NCBI GenBank assembly: GCA_043753895.1
Contig: JAYUWK010000133.1
Location: 2,644 to 66,643 of the forward strand
From: Actinomycetota bacterium
GTDB lineage: Bacteria > Actinomycetota > Acidimicrobiia > Acidimicrobiales > Ilumatobacteraceae
Direction of reading: 5' to 3'
DNA: 64,000 nucleotides
In this document: piece by piece, positions 28,813 to 37,567 of the stretch
How positions within the stretch are numbered: position 1 is the stretch's first letter
How the letters are laid out: each line of letters opens with the position of its first letter
Notes under the pieces: generated by a model
Databases searched by the model: none
What the model saw: the letters and a program-made list of their open reading frames with translations, nothing else
What the model was told of the DNA's origin: nothing
Translations under genes and position numbers: made by a program

Positions 28813-31800
28813 GTGAGTTCGTGCCCGTCCTGTGCAAACCCGGTTGCCGCCGGCTCCCGTTTCTGCCCGACGTGCGGGTTTGCGCTAGCGGCCGCATCGA
28901 TCGAGGAACGCCGTGTCGTGACGGTGCTGTTTGCCGATCTGGTCGGGTTCACGGCATTGGCCGAACATCTCGATCCCGAACACGTGAAGCGCCTCGTGGA
29001 CTCGTGCTTCGAACGATTGGTCGAGGACATCACCACCTTCGGGGGCACGGTCGACAAGTTCGTCGGCGACGGCATCGTTGCGCTCTTCGGCGTGCCCGTT
29101 GCACACGAGGACGACGCCGAGCGGGCGGTGCGCGCAGGTCTGCGCATGCAGGAGTCACTCGCATCCTTCGCTGCAGCGCGCATGTTGCAAGGCAATGCCA
29201 CCGCGCTGCAGATGCGCGTCGGCATCAACACCGGCGTCGCCCTCGTGGGCACCGTTGCCGGCACCGATCACACGGCGATGGGCGATGTCGTCAACACGGC
29301 ATCGCGGTTGCAGTCGCTTGCGCCGCCGGGCGGCGTGCTCGTCGGGGAGTCCACGCACGGGCTTACCGTGTCGAGCATCACCTACGAATCGCAGGGAGAG
29401 CTCGAGGCCAGAGGTCGCGATGCGGCGATCGCTGCGTGGTTGGCCAAGGGTGCGATCTCCCAACCGGGCGCACGCCGCCGGCGCCGTGATGTCGCCATCA
29501 TGGGTCGCTCCACCGAGCTGGCCCTCACGGTCGCATCGGTCGATTTTGCGATTGCGAACTCGCAGGCCGCACTCGTGGCGGTCGATGGCGCAGGTGGCGT
29601 CGGCAAGAGCCGTCTGGTCGATGAGTTACTCGAGGCGGCGCGCTCGAAACACTCGGTAATCGTCATCGAGGGATCCGCTGTTCCGTACGGTGAATCGAAC
29701 GTGTGGTGGCCACTTGCGAGCGCGCTGTTCGATCGTCTCGAACTGGACGCAGCGTCATCGCCCGAGACGGTTCGCGAGATCGCTAGCGGCCTGGGTCGTG
29801 AACTTTTTGCCGATGCCGACGCCGCCACGGTGACGGGTCTTACCGATGCGTTTCAACATCTACTCGGTTATCCCTCGAAACTCGACGATGTTGATCCCGT
29901 CACTGCCCGCGACGCTGTGAACCGCGCCGTGGCCTCGGTCTTCGAACGCCGGCTGCGCACCGGCCCGGTGTTGTTGTCGATCACCGACATCCATTGGGCC
30001 GATCCCGTGGTGCTGTCGTTGTGCGAACACCTCCTTGTTGCACTGGCGCGACGGCCCTTTGTGCTCGTCACCACCAACCGCCCCGACCCAGAGCTGGCGT
30101 GGCCGCCGTTGTCCACCCGCGCCGCAGTGGTGCGTCTGCCGCTCGAGCCGCTCGGCCCCATCTCGGCGGCGCAGCTATGTCGGGCGATCATCGGCCCCGA
30201 TGCCGACGAGGCCACCATCACCACCATCTACGAACGGTCCGGCGGTAACCCCCTGTTCCTCGAGGAACTCGCCGTGCTGGTTGCCGAAGGTGGCGACGTT
30301 CGCGCTCTGCCCGACTCGTTGCGTGCCGTCATCGCAGCGCGTCTCGATCAGCTCCCACCAGATCAGCGAGCGGTCATCGACAACGCTGCGGTACTCGGAC
30401 CCTCGGGCGTCATCAACAGCCTCGAACGCTTCGCCCGCGAACTCGGTCAACGGCTCGATCCCCTTGTGCTCGACGGCCTGCTCGATGGTGGCCTGCTCGA
30501 GATCGAAGGGCGACGCTGGGCGTTCAAGTCGGACTCGGTTCGCGAGGTCGCGTATCAGACGCTCACCAAGGCCGTGCGCGCAGCACGCCACATGGGTATC
30601 GCCAGCTCGATGCAGGGTCGCCACTACAGCCCCGACGACGTGGCGCACCATTTGGCCGCCGCTGCAGAACTGGTCACCGAACTCGGCCCGCTCGCCGGTG
30701 TCCCTGCCGACATCGTCGATCAAGCCACCACCGCGCTGGAGGCCGCGACCGAACGCCAAGTCGAGCAAGGCAACCTTCGCCAGATCGTGCGGTACTCCAC
30801 GCGCACGATCGACCTCGTCGAAGCCGCCGGCCTCACTGACGCATCGCGGGAGATCCGGGCCCGCCAGCGCCTGCATCGTATCGTCGCCCTGGTCGATCTG
30901 CGCCAGCTCGATCGGGCACGATCGGAGACCGATTCGGTCCTTGGCGAAGCGCTCACCGACCACGATCAGCAGACCGAAGCGCGTGCCCGTCGCGCATTGG
31001 GTCTCATCAGCCAGGTGGCTGGAGACCTTCCCGCGGCGCGTCGTCAACTCGGCGAGTCCATCGACCTCTTTCGCGAGATCGGCGATCATCAACAGCTTGC
31101 CGACACTTTGCGCGCCCGAGGCTTTCTCGAGTTGTTCGGCGGTTCGCTCGCCGATGCAGAGTGGCTGTTCGGCGAAGCAGAGGGCCTCTATGTCGATCTC
31201 GGCGACCGGCGCGGGCTCGGCTACATCGAACAGCACCGCGCCTGGATGGCCTTTCTCGGCGGCAACATGCAGGTCGCCGAAGAACATCTGTATCGCGCTG
31301 CGACGACGCTCACCGAACTCGGCGATCGCGCAGGCGTCGGGTGGGCGTACGGGCTACTCGCCTTCGTGCACTTCTACAATCGTCGCTTCACCGAGGCCGA
31401 AGAACTCGCCAATGTGGTGCGCGCCGAAGCCCGTGAACGTGGCGATGAATGGGCCGAGAGCATGATGCTGTCATTGCTTGCCTCGATGCGCCTGTGGACC
31501 GGCCACATTGACGCGGCGGCCGCACTGGCCGAGCAGGCGAGGGCGCGCTTCAAGAAGCTGGGCGATGGCTTCGGGTTGGCGCAGGCGCTTGCGGTGCTGG
31601 GTCGTACGCAAGTCGCGCTCGGCGATCCGAGCGTGGCTCGCACGAGTGAGGCGTTGATTGCACAGGCCGATCAGTACGGCGAGTCGGCCTTTCCGTTCCT
31701 CGCCGCAGCCGGTATAGCAATGCACGGCGGCGACGCCAAGAGCACGGTCACCTACGCCAACGAAGCCATTGATCGTATGCAGAAGGTGCAGGCCGATCCC

Positions 31801-32271
31801 GGCGAGTCGTGGGTCATCCGCGCCGCCGGTCTGGCCCAGATCGGCGATTACGACGAGGCGCGCACGGCGCTCGCACACGTGACCAACGACGTCGAATCGC
31901 ATCCGTTCTTTCAATCGGTACGCGCCCTCGTCGCTGTGCTGCAGGGATCGACAGACGAAGCCATCGAAGCCGCGAAAGCGGTCACTGATGCTGTCGGTCA
32001 CACCTATCTCGATGGTGTCATTGCGAGCGTCGCGGCCGGAGCCTCAGCAGCGTCCACCGGCAACGAGATGGCGGCGCGCGGTTGGCTCGAGCGCGCCGTC
32101 TCGATGGCCGCGCTCACCCAGGACACGGTCGCGACGGCGTTGGCGCTGTGTGCATATGCACATGTGCTCGGATCGGCGCATCCCCTCGGTGCCGGCGATG
32201 CAGCTGCGCTCGGAATCGGATGGCGTTCCGTGGTCGAGGCGCTGCCCTCGGTTCGGGAGCCGGCGGCATGA
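28813..32271 (+). CDS. Multidomain signalling protein: zinc ribbon, class III adenylate/guanylate cyclase, AAA/STAND ATPase and TPR-like repeats
   Basis: It has a GTG start, then CPSCANPVAAGSRFCPTCG. The cyclase core is VTVLFADLVGFT...GGTVDKFVGDGIVALFG...INTG. A P-loop GAGGVGKSRL follows, then a long helical repeat region. Confidence 0.85.
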   Translation: MSSCPSCANPVAAGSRFCPTCGFALAAASIEERRVVTVLFADLVGFTALAEHLDPEHVKRLVDSCFERLVEDITTFGGTVDKFVGDGIVALFGVPVAHEDDAERAVRAGLRMQESLASFAAARMLQGNATALQMRVGINTGVALVGTVAGTDHTAMGDVVNTASRLQSLAPPGGVLVGESTHGLTVSSITYESQGELEARGRDAAIAAWLAKGAISQPGARRRRRDVAIMGRSTELALTVASVDFAIANSQAALVAVDGAGGVGKSRLVDELLEAARSKHSVIVIEGSAVPYGESNVWWPLASALFDRLELDAASSPETVREIASGLGRELFADADAATVTGLTDAFQHLLGYPSKLDDVDPVTARDAVNRAVASVFERRLRTGPVLLSITDIHWADPVVLSLCEHLLVALARRPFVLVTTNRPDPELAWPPLSTRAAVVRLPLEPLGPISAAQLCRAIIGPDADEATITTIYERSGGNPLFLEELAVLVAEGGDVRALPDSLRAVIAARLDQLPPDQRAVIDNAAVLGPSGVINSLERFARELGQRLDPLVLDGLLDGGLLEIEGRRWAFKSDSVREVAYQTLTKAVRAARHMGIASSMQGRHYSPDDVAHHLAAAAELVTELGPLAGVPADIVDQATTALEAATERQVEQGNLRQIVRYSTRTIDLVEAAGLTDASREIRARQRLHRIVALVDLRQLDRARSETDSVLGEALTDHDQQTEARARRALGLISQVAGDLPAARRQLGESIDLFREIGDHQQLADTLRARGFLELFGGSLADAEWLFGEAEGLYVDLGDRRGLGYIEQHRAWMAFLGGNMQVAEEHLYRAATTLTELGDRAGVGWAYGLLAFVHFYNRRFTEAEELANVVRAEARERGDEWAESMMLSLLASMRLWTGHIDAAAALAEQARARFKKLGDGFGLAQALAVLGRTQVALGDPSVARTSEALIAQADQYGESAFPFLAAAGIAMHGGDAKSTVTYANEAIDRMQKVQADPGESWVIRAAGLAQIGDYDEARTALAHVTNDVESHPFFQSVRALVAVLQGSTDEAIEAAKAVTDAVGHTYLDGVIASVAAGASAASTGNEMAARGWLERAVSMAALTQDTVATALALCAYAHVLGSAHPLGAGDAAALGIGWRSVVEALPSVREPAA

Positions 32272-32654
32272 CGCGGGTACAGCCGACCTCGGCACGCTTG
32301 ATTGACCTGCGCCCACCGCTCGCCGCTCGAATCGACGACCTGTCGCGCAACGCTGCGGCCGCTGCACCGGGTCGCACCGGTGAGCTGGCGCGGGTTCGCG
32401 TGCGTCAGTTGCTCGGGGTCGGAGACGAGACCTTGCCCACCGATCTCGATCCCGCTGAACTCGCGGCGATGGCGGTCGTCGAACAATTCGTCATTGATGT
32501 ACACGGCCTCGACGATGCCACCTTCGCCGCACTCTGCGCGTACTACACGCCGGCCGAGCAGATGGGTCTGTTGTTCCATCTCGCGCTACTCGATGGGTTC
32601 ACTCGCCTACAGATCGTTGCTGGCGAGTCAATCGAAGAACAGGGACACCACTGA
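32268..32654 (+). CDS. CMD/AhpD-like helical domain protein lacking a CxxC motif
   Basis: The ATG overlaps the cyclase stop (ATGA). The C-terminal half (DDATFAALCAYYTPAEQMGLLFHLALLDGFTRL) looks like the helical CMD fold. Confidence 0.45.
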   Translation: MTRVQPTSARLIDLRPPLAARIDDLSRNAAAAAPGRTGELARVRVRQLLGVGDETLPTDLDPAELAAMAVVEQFVIDVHGLDDATFAALCAYYTPAEQMGLLFHLALLDGFTRLQIVAGESIEEQGHH

Positions 32655-33178
32655 TGGCTACCACGCCACGAATGCCGTCTGCCTTCGATGAGGAGACGCC
32701 GAGTTATGGCGGCATGTTGTCGCACCAGCCCGAACTCGTCGGCGCGTACGGCGTGCTCTATTCCGAGTTCTGGAGTCGCGGTGTTGTCGATCAGCCCACC
32801 AAGGAAGTGATCCGGCTGCGCAATGCGCGCATCACCGACTGCGGGTATTGACGCAATGTGCGCTTCGCGGTCGCGAGGCAGGAGGGACTCACCGAGGAAC
32901 TCGCCAACATGGTCGACGACAACTTCGAATCGAGTGAGCTCGAGCCTCGACACAAAGCGGCAGTGGTGTTCGCTGATGCTTACCTCGGCACCAACGGACC
33001 TCCCACCGGCGACGCACGGTCGTTCATCTCGGCGCACTTCGACGGTGATGAGATCGCCGAGATGGGTATCGGCATGGCCCTCTTCCATGGCTTCAGCAAG
33101 CTCCTCATTGCCGTTGGTGCCGAGCCAGAGGAGATGGACGTCACGATCTTGCGCACGCCGGGTTCGCCGCGCCCCTGA
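32654..33178 (+). CDS. Carboxymuconolactone decarboxylase (CMD)/AhpD-like protein with an in-frame TGA at 32849..32851, read as selenocysteine (C-G-Y-U motif)
   Basis: Track ORFs 32654..32851 and 32858..33178 are in the same frame and separated only by TGA-CGC-AAT. The joined reading is ...EVIRLRNARITDCGY[TGA]RNVRFAVARQEGLTEEL..., a full-length CMD domain. A hairpin starts 11 nt after the TGA. Confidence 0.6.
32862..32879 (+). promoter_or_regulatory. SECIS-like hairpin downstream of the TGA at 32849
   Basis: The hairpin is G-CUUCGC [GGUC] GCGAGG-C: 7 bp including one G-U pair, with apical loop GGUC. Confidence 0.5.
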
Positions 33179-33190
33179 CCGGACCCACCG

Positions 33191-33691
33191 ATGAGCACCG
33201 CACAGCCCGGACCCTGTTATGCGACCGGCCTGATCGTCGGCCGATTCAATCCACCGCACCTGGGTCATTCGTTCATGATCGAGTGGGCGGCACAACGCGC
33301 CGAGCGCCTCGTGGTGTTCGTGAATACGCGCGATGGCGAGTTGGTGCCCGGCGAGCTCCGCGCTGCATGGCTCGCCGATCTGCACTCGCACGTGACGGTG
33401 GTGGAGTTGCGTCATGACCTCGACAACGACTTTGCCGACGAGGAACTCTGGGCCAAGTGGATGGCGCTGTTCCGGTCGCGATGGCCGCACGAAATCGGGC
33501 CACATGCGGTGTTCAGTAGCGATCCCTACGTCAGCGAGCTCGCCGAGCGATTCGGCGCCGAACCCGTGGTGGTGGATGCGGATCGCACGGCTGTGCCCAT
33601 CAGCGCGACCCAGATACGCGAAGCGCCAGCCGACCACCTCGATCGGCTGGCGCCTGCAGTACGAGAGTGGGTTGAGTCGAACCTGTGCTGA
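33191..33691 (+). CDS. Nucleotidyltransferase of the cytidylyl/adenylyltransferase superfamily (NadR/NMN adenylyltransferase-like)
   Basis: It has the HxGH-type motif GLIVGRFNPPHLGHSFMI and a later ISATQIR (ISSTxxR-like) motif. Confidence 0.65.
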   Translation: MSTAQPGPCYATGLIVGRFNPPHLGHSFMIEWAAQRAERLVVFVNTRDGELVPGELRAAWLADLHSHVTVVELRHDLDNDFADEELWAKWMALFRSRWPHEIGPHAVFSSDPYVSELAERFGAEPVVVDADRTAVPISATQIREAPADHLDRLAPAVREWVESNLC

Positions 33692-33725
33692 GTGCCGTTG
33701 CGGGCATCGTTCAGCACCGTTGTGA

Positions 33726-34361
33726 TTACTTGCCGGGCTGGTGCAGCACGCGCAGGTAGGGCTTCACGGTAGTCCAGCCCTGCGGGAACAACTGCTTTGC
33801 CTCATCGTCGCTGACCGACCCGCCGATGATCACGTCGTCACCATCGGTCCAGTTGGCTGGCGTGGCGACTTTGTACTTGGCGGTGAGTTGCAGGCTGTCG
33901 ATGACCCGCAGGATCTCTTCGAAGTTGCGACCGGTAGAGGCCGGGTAGGTGATCTGCAGCTTGACCTTCTTGTCCGGCCCGATGACGAACACGGAGCGAA
34001 CCGTCATGGTGTCGCTGGCATTGGGGTGGATCATGTCGTACAGGTTGGCAACGGTCTTGTCGGTGTCGCCGATCATCGGAAAGTTCACGGGAGTGCCTTG
34101 AGTCTCGCCGATGTCGCTCTCCCACTTGAGGTGGCTCTCGACGGAATCGACCGACAGGCCGATGACCTTCACGTTGCGCTTATCGAACTCGGGCTTGATC
34201 TTGGCCACGTAGCCGAGCTCGGTGGTGCATACCGGCGTGAAGTCCTTGGGATGGCTGAACAGCACGCCCCAGCTGTCGCCGAGCCAGTCGTGGAAGTTGA
34301 TGTCGCCCTGCGTGGTGGCGGCGTTGAAGTTGGGTGCGGTATCGCCAAGACGAACGGTCAT
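33726..34361 (-). CDS. Peroxiredoxin, 1-Cys (Prx6-like) type
   Basis: The ATG at 34361 is preceded by AAGGAG. It has the motif WGVLFSHPKDFTPVCTTE, and its 211-aa length is typical for 1-Cys Prx. Confidence 0.9.
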   Translation of the reverse strand: MTVRLGDTAPNFNAATTQGDINFHDWLGDSWGVLFSHPKDFTPVCTTELGYVAKIKPEFDKRNVKVIGLSVDSVESHLKWESDIGETQGTPVNFPMIGDTDKTVANLYDMIHPNASDTMTVRSVFVIGPDKKVKLQITYPASTGRNFEEILRVIDSLQLTAKYKVATPANWTDGDDVIIGGSVSDDEAKQLFPQGWTTVKPYLRVLHQPGK

Positions 34362-34377
34362 GGTGGTTACTCCTTGT

Positions 34378-34409
34378 GAGATGGCATAGATGGGAGAGAT
34401 GGCATAGAT
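34378..34409 (-). promoter_or_regulatory. Two perfect 14-bp direct repeats just upstream of the peroxiredoxin RBS (candidate operator)
   Basis: gagatggcatagat occurs at 34378..34391 and again at 34396..34409, an 18-bp period. The repeats are AT-rich relative to their surroundings. Confidence 0.4.
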
Positions 34410-34555
34410 AGTTCTTGCTCGCACAGTATGCACCGATTCCCGATCAATCCACTCAAGAATTGGTCGGGCGGTGTTGACGCCGCGGATAGAGTGCTCTACG
34501 AGTCGGCTGACGATCGCGGGGAAGCGATCGTCCCTCGGGGCACTGGAGCAAGGCG

Positions 34556-35485
34556 ATGAGCATCAGACCGCACATCTACGAGATCTACATCAAAGCCACG
34601 CCGCAGCAGGTGTGGCAGGCGATCACCGATCCCGAATACACGAGCCGCTACTTCTACGGCACCCGCCTCGAGACCGATGGCGGCGTCGGCGACGGCTACC
34701 GCTATGTGGGAGACGATGGCGCCCCGGCGATCGAGGGCCTGATCGAAGCCACCGAGGTCGCCAAGCGCCTCGTGATGACCTTCCGGTTCGTGTACGAAAC
34801 AAGCCTGGCCGAAGAGCCGCCGAGCCGTGTGGAGTGGGTACTCACCCCGGCAGGCGAACTCACTCGGGTCACGCTGCGTCACGGCGACCTGTTGAAGAGC
34901 CCGCGCACGTGGGAGCACGTGCGCATGGGCTGGGTGGCCATTGTCGATGGCCTCAAGACGCTGCTCGAAACCGGCGAGAGCATGGGCGACATCGACGACC
35001 CCGAGGCAGCGAAACCTGCGGAGGATCCCGAAGGCGAGTGGCACCGTTCGCAGGGCGTCACGGCGAACAACGGCACGTGGGAGTGGCTGCGCAAGCCCGA
35101 CGCCGAACGCACTGCCGACGACGAAGAGGCAATGACCCTGTCGGCGTACGCGGCCGCGTATCACTGGGCGCGTGCTGCACGACGCGTCCCCGAAAATGTG
35201 GCTCGTGCCGAATGGTTGATTTCACGGGTGTGGGCAGTGCGCGGCAACGGCGCGCTGGCGTTGCACCACGGCGATCGCTGCATGGCTGCGTGCTCAGCCG
35301 CGAACTTGGCCGACTTCGATCTGGCCTACGCGCACGAGGCTCGCGCCCGCGCGTTGGCATGCTTGGGTCGCACGGACGAAGCGGTTGCAGAACGCGCGCT
35401 CGCTGCTGCAGTGCCGATCGCCGACGCCGAGGACCGCCACATCGTCGTTGCCGACCTCGCCGCTGAGCTGTGGTTCGGAGTGTGA
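34556..35485 (+). CDS. SRPBCC (AHSA1/START-like) domain protein with a helical C-terminal extension
   Basis: The N-terminus IYEIYIKATPQQVWQAITDPEYTSRYFYG is typical of SRPBCC family proteins. The C-terminal ~150 aa are Ala-rich and helical. Confidence 0.6.
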   Translation: MSIRPHIYEIYIKATPQQVWQAITDPEYTSRYFYGTRLETDGGVGDGYRYVGDDGAPAIEGLIEATEVAKRLVMTFRFVYETSLAEEPPSRVEWVLTPAGELTRVTLRHGDLLKSPRTWEHVRMGWVAIVDGLKTLLETGESMGDIDDPEAAKPAEDPEGEWHRSQGVTANNGTWEWLRKPDAERTADDEEAMTLSAYAAAYHWARAARRVPENVARAEWLISRVWAVRGNGALALHHGDRCMAACSAANLADFDLAYAHEARARALACLGRTDEAVAERALAAAVPIADAEDRHIVVADLAAELWFGV

Positions 35486-36000
35486 ACCGGCCGATCACGA
35501 TCGTTGGTATCTGTGGCAGCCTGCAGGCCGGTTCGTCGAACCTCGCACTGTTGCACGACGCCGCAGCGCTGATGCCGATCCATGTCGACTTCACCTTCTT
35601 CGAGGGCCTCGGTGACATTCCTCACTTCAATCCCGATCACGAGGCCACTGGCGCGCCGGGTCAGGTGATCCAGCTTCGGGAAATGTTGCAAGCCGCTGAC
35701 GGAGTGATCATCGCCTCGCCGGAGTACGGCTTCTCGTTGCCGGGTTCGTTGAAGAACGCCATTGACTGGATCATCGGCACGGGCGAGCTGGCGGGCATGC
35801 CGGTTGCGGTCACGGCCTCAGTTGCCAGTGCCGGGCGCGGCCGACGCGGGCTGCAGGCGTTGCTCGTGCCCCTCGGTGCGGTGGGCGCCGTGGTGGTGGG
35901 GGGCGAGACGATCGTGCGCGGACCGGCCGCAGCCGATGCACTTGGCCGGCTCGTGGCAGCGCTCATCGCAGCGGTCGATGAACGGGCATTGGTCGAGTGA
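35482..36000 (+). CDS. NAD(P)H-dependent FMN reductase family protein
   Basis: It has ITIVGICGSLQAGSSN and IIASPEYGFSLPGSLKNAIDW. The GTG at 35482 overlaps the upstream stop (GTGA); an alternative GTG lies at 35470. Confidence 0.8.
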   Translation: MNRPITIVGICGSLQAGSSNLALLHDAAALMPIHVDFTFFEGLGDIPHFNPDHEATGAPGQVIQLREMLQAADGVIIASPEYGFSLPGSLKNAIDWIIGTGELAGMPVAVTASVASAGRGRRGLQALLVPLGAVGAVVVGGETIVRGPAAADALGRLVAALIAAVDERALVE

Positions 36001-36046
36001 ATCGCTGACCGAGTCAGCCCTTGACGTCGTGTCCTAGAGTCTGCCC

Positions 36047-36385
36047 ATGAGCGTTGTGGTCACCCTTGCCGATCTTCCCGTCGCGATCGATGTGCAGATC
36101 GGATGGTGTTATCTCCTCACCGTGTCCGACGACGCCGAGGCCCGCGTCGTTGCCATCGCCCCGGTCTGGGATCATACGGGTACCTACCTCCACGCAGAGG
36201 TGGGGCGACGTACGGCCGCCAACGTGGCCTTGCATCCGAAGGTCTCACTCGTGTGGCCGCCGGCCGCAGCCGATGGATACAGCCTCATCGCCGATGGCGT
36301 CGCTGCCGTCGATGGCACCATTGTTCGGTTCGAGCCGATGAGTGCGGTACTCCACCGCCCAGCGGTGCAGGCACCACAGTCGTGA
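36047..36385 (+). CDS. Small hypothetical protein, possibly PPOX-like split barrel
   Basis: It is 112 aa and its stop overlaps the next gene's GTG. There is only a weak family resemblance. Confidence 0.35.
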   Translation: MSVVVTLADLPVAIDVQIGWCYLLTVSDDAEARVVAIAPVWDHTGTYLHAEVGRRTAANVALHPKVSLVWPPAAADGYSLIADGVAAVDGTIVRFEPMSAVLHRPAVQAPQS

Positions 36386-37032
36386 ACGACGAACAACTCT
36401 CGGCCGCCCTGGCCGACGAGCGTCTCGCCTTGGCCGACCTGCTCGAATCGCTGTCGTCCGAGCAACTGCGAGTCTGGTCGTTGTGCGCCGATTGGCGTGT
36501 ACACGACCTTGCCGCCCATCTCACGGCGCTGTTCAACGTCTCGATGCCATCGTTGCTGATGCGGGTCGTGAGAAATGGATTCTCTGTCACCAAGTCGTCG
36601 AAACAGATCACTGCCGAGTTGGCCGCGCGGCCCATCGCCGAGATCGCTCAGCAGCTACGCGACAACGCGTCGAATCGGAAGCACCCTCCCACGCTGGCAA
36701 TGGCGCCGCTGGCCGAAGTCATCGTGCACGGCGAGGACATCCGCCGTCCGCTCGGCATCACGCGCGAGATCCCCTTCGAGCGTGTCTCGGCAGTAATGGA
36801 TTTCATCACGGGAGGCCGCGCAATCGGCTTCCTGCCGGCATCACGAATTCGCGGACTGCGGTTCACTGCCACCGATGGCGACGGTATTTGGGGCAGCGGT
36901 CAGATCGTGCATGGCCCTGCGCTGAGCCTGCTGATGGGCGCGATGGGTCGACGGGTTGCGTTCGCCGACCTGGGCGGCTCGGTCGAGGTGTTGTCCACTC
37001 GGCTGCAGGGCAAAGTGAAGCGCATCGAGTAG
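36382..37032 (+). CDS. DinB-fold, mycothiol-dependent maleylpyruvate isomerase-family (TIGR03083-like) protein
   Basis: The N-terminus LADERLALADLLESLSSEQLRVWSLCADWRVHDLAAHL is typical of this actinobacterial family. It has a GTGA overlap with the upstream gene. Confidence 0.65.
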   Translation: MNDEQLSAALADERLALADLLESLSSEQLRVWSLCADWRVHDLAAHLTALFNVSMPSLLMRVVRNGFSVTKSSKQITAELAARPIAEIAQQLRDNASNRKHPPTLAMAPLAEVIVHGEDIRRPLGITREIPFERVSAVMDFITGGRAIGFLPASRIRGLRFTATDGDGIWGSGQIVHGPALSLLMGAMGRRVAFADLGGSVEVLSTRLQGKVKRIE

Positions 37033-37062
37033 TCAGCGCAACCGCACCACCGCGAGGTCAGC

Positions 37063-37542
37063 TCAGAGGTACTGCTCCAATTGGGAGGCAATTTCGTCCG
37101 GGGTGACCATGGGGCTGAACCGGGCCACTACGGCACCTGAGCGATCGATCAGGAACTTCTCGAAGTTCCATGTGATGCTGTTCGTTTCAGCCACTCCGGG
37201 CTGTTCGGTCCGGAGCCATTGATAGAGCTCGCAGGCACCGTCGCCATTCACCTCGATCTTGGAAAAGATCGGGAAATTGGCGTCGTATTTCGATGTGGCG
37301 AACTCGAGGATCTCTGCGTCGGTTCCGGGCTCTTGTGCGCCGAATTGATTACACGGGAACGCAAGCACCGTGAAGCCGCGAGCGGCGAAGTCCTGCTGGA
37401 GCGTACGCAGACCTGCGTACTGAGGCGTGAGGCCTCAAGCGCTCGCAACGTTGACGATGAGAACCACCTGATCGCGGAACCGGTCGAGTGCAACCGGATC
37501 ACCACCGATCGAGGTCATGGCGAGGTCATACAGATGTGACAT
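37063..37542 (-). CDS. Glutathione peroxidase with an in-frame TGA at 37435..37437 at the peroxidatic position, read as selenocysteine
   Basis: Track ORF 37063..37368 and the tail of ORF 37435..37980 share a frame. The joined reading is [35 protein letters not shown][TGA][37 protein letters not shown]...WNFEKFLI. This is the complete GPx fold with the TGA where Cys/Sec sits in NVASxCGxT. Confidence 0.7.
37403..37420 (-). promoter_or_regulatory. SECIS-like hairpin downstream of the GPx TGA
   Basis: On the minus strand it reads GUACGCA [GGUC] UGCGUAC, a perfect 7-bp stem with a GGUC loop, starting 14 nt after the UGA. Confidence 0.6.
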
Positions 37543-37567
37543 GGGCACCAAGGTAGTACGTGTGGCC

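Noticed and set aside
32849-32851. Treating the three catalytic-site TGAs (32849, 37435, 58484) as simple nonsense mutations or pseudogenes.
   Set aside because: I did not adopt this as the primary reading. All three hit the redox Cys codon, both halves of each gene remain intact and in frame, and each has a hairpin at SECIS-like spacing. It remains the fallback if the genome lacks selABCD.
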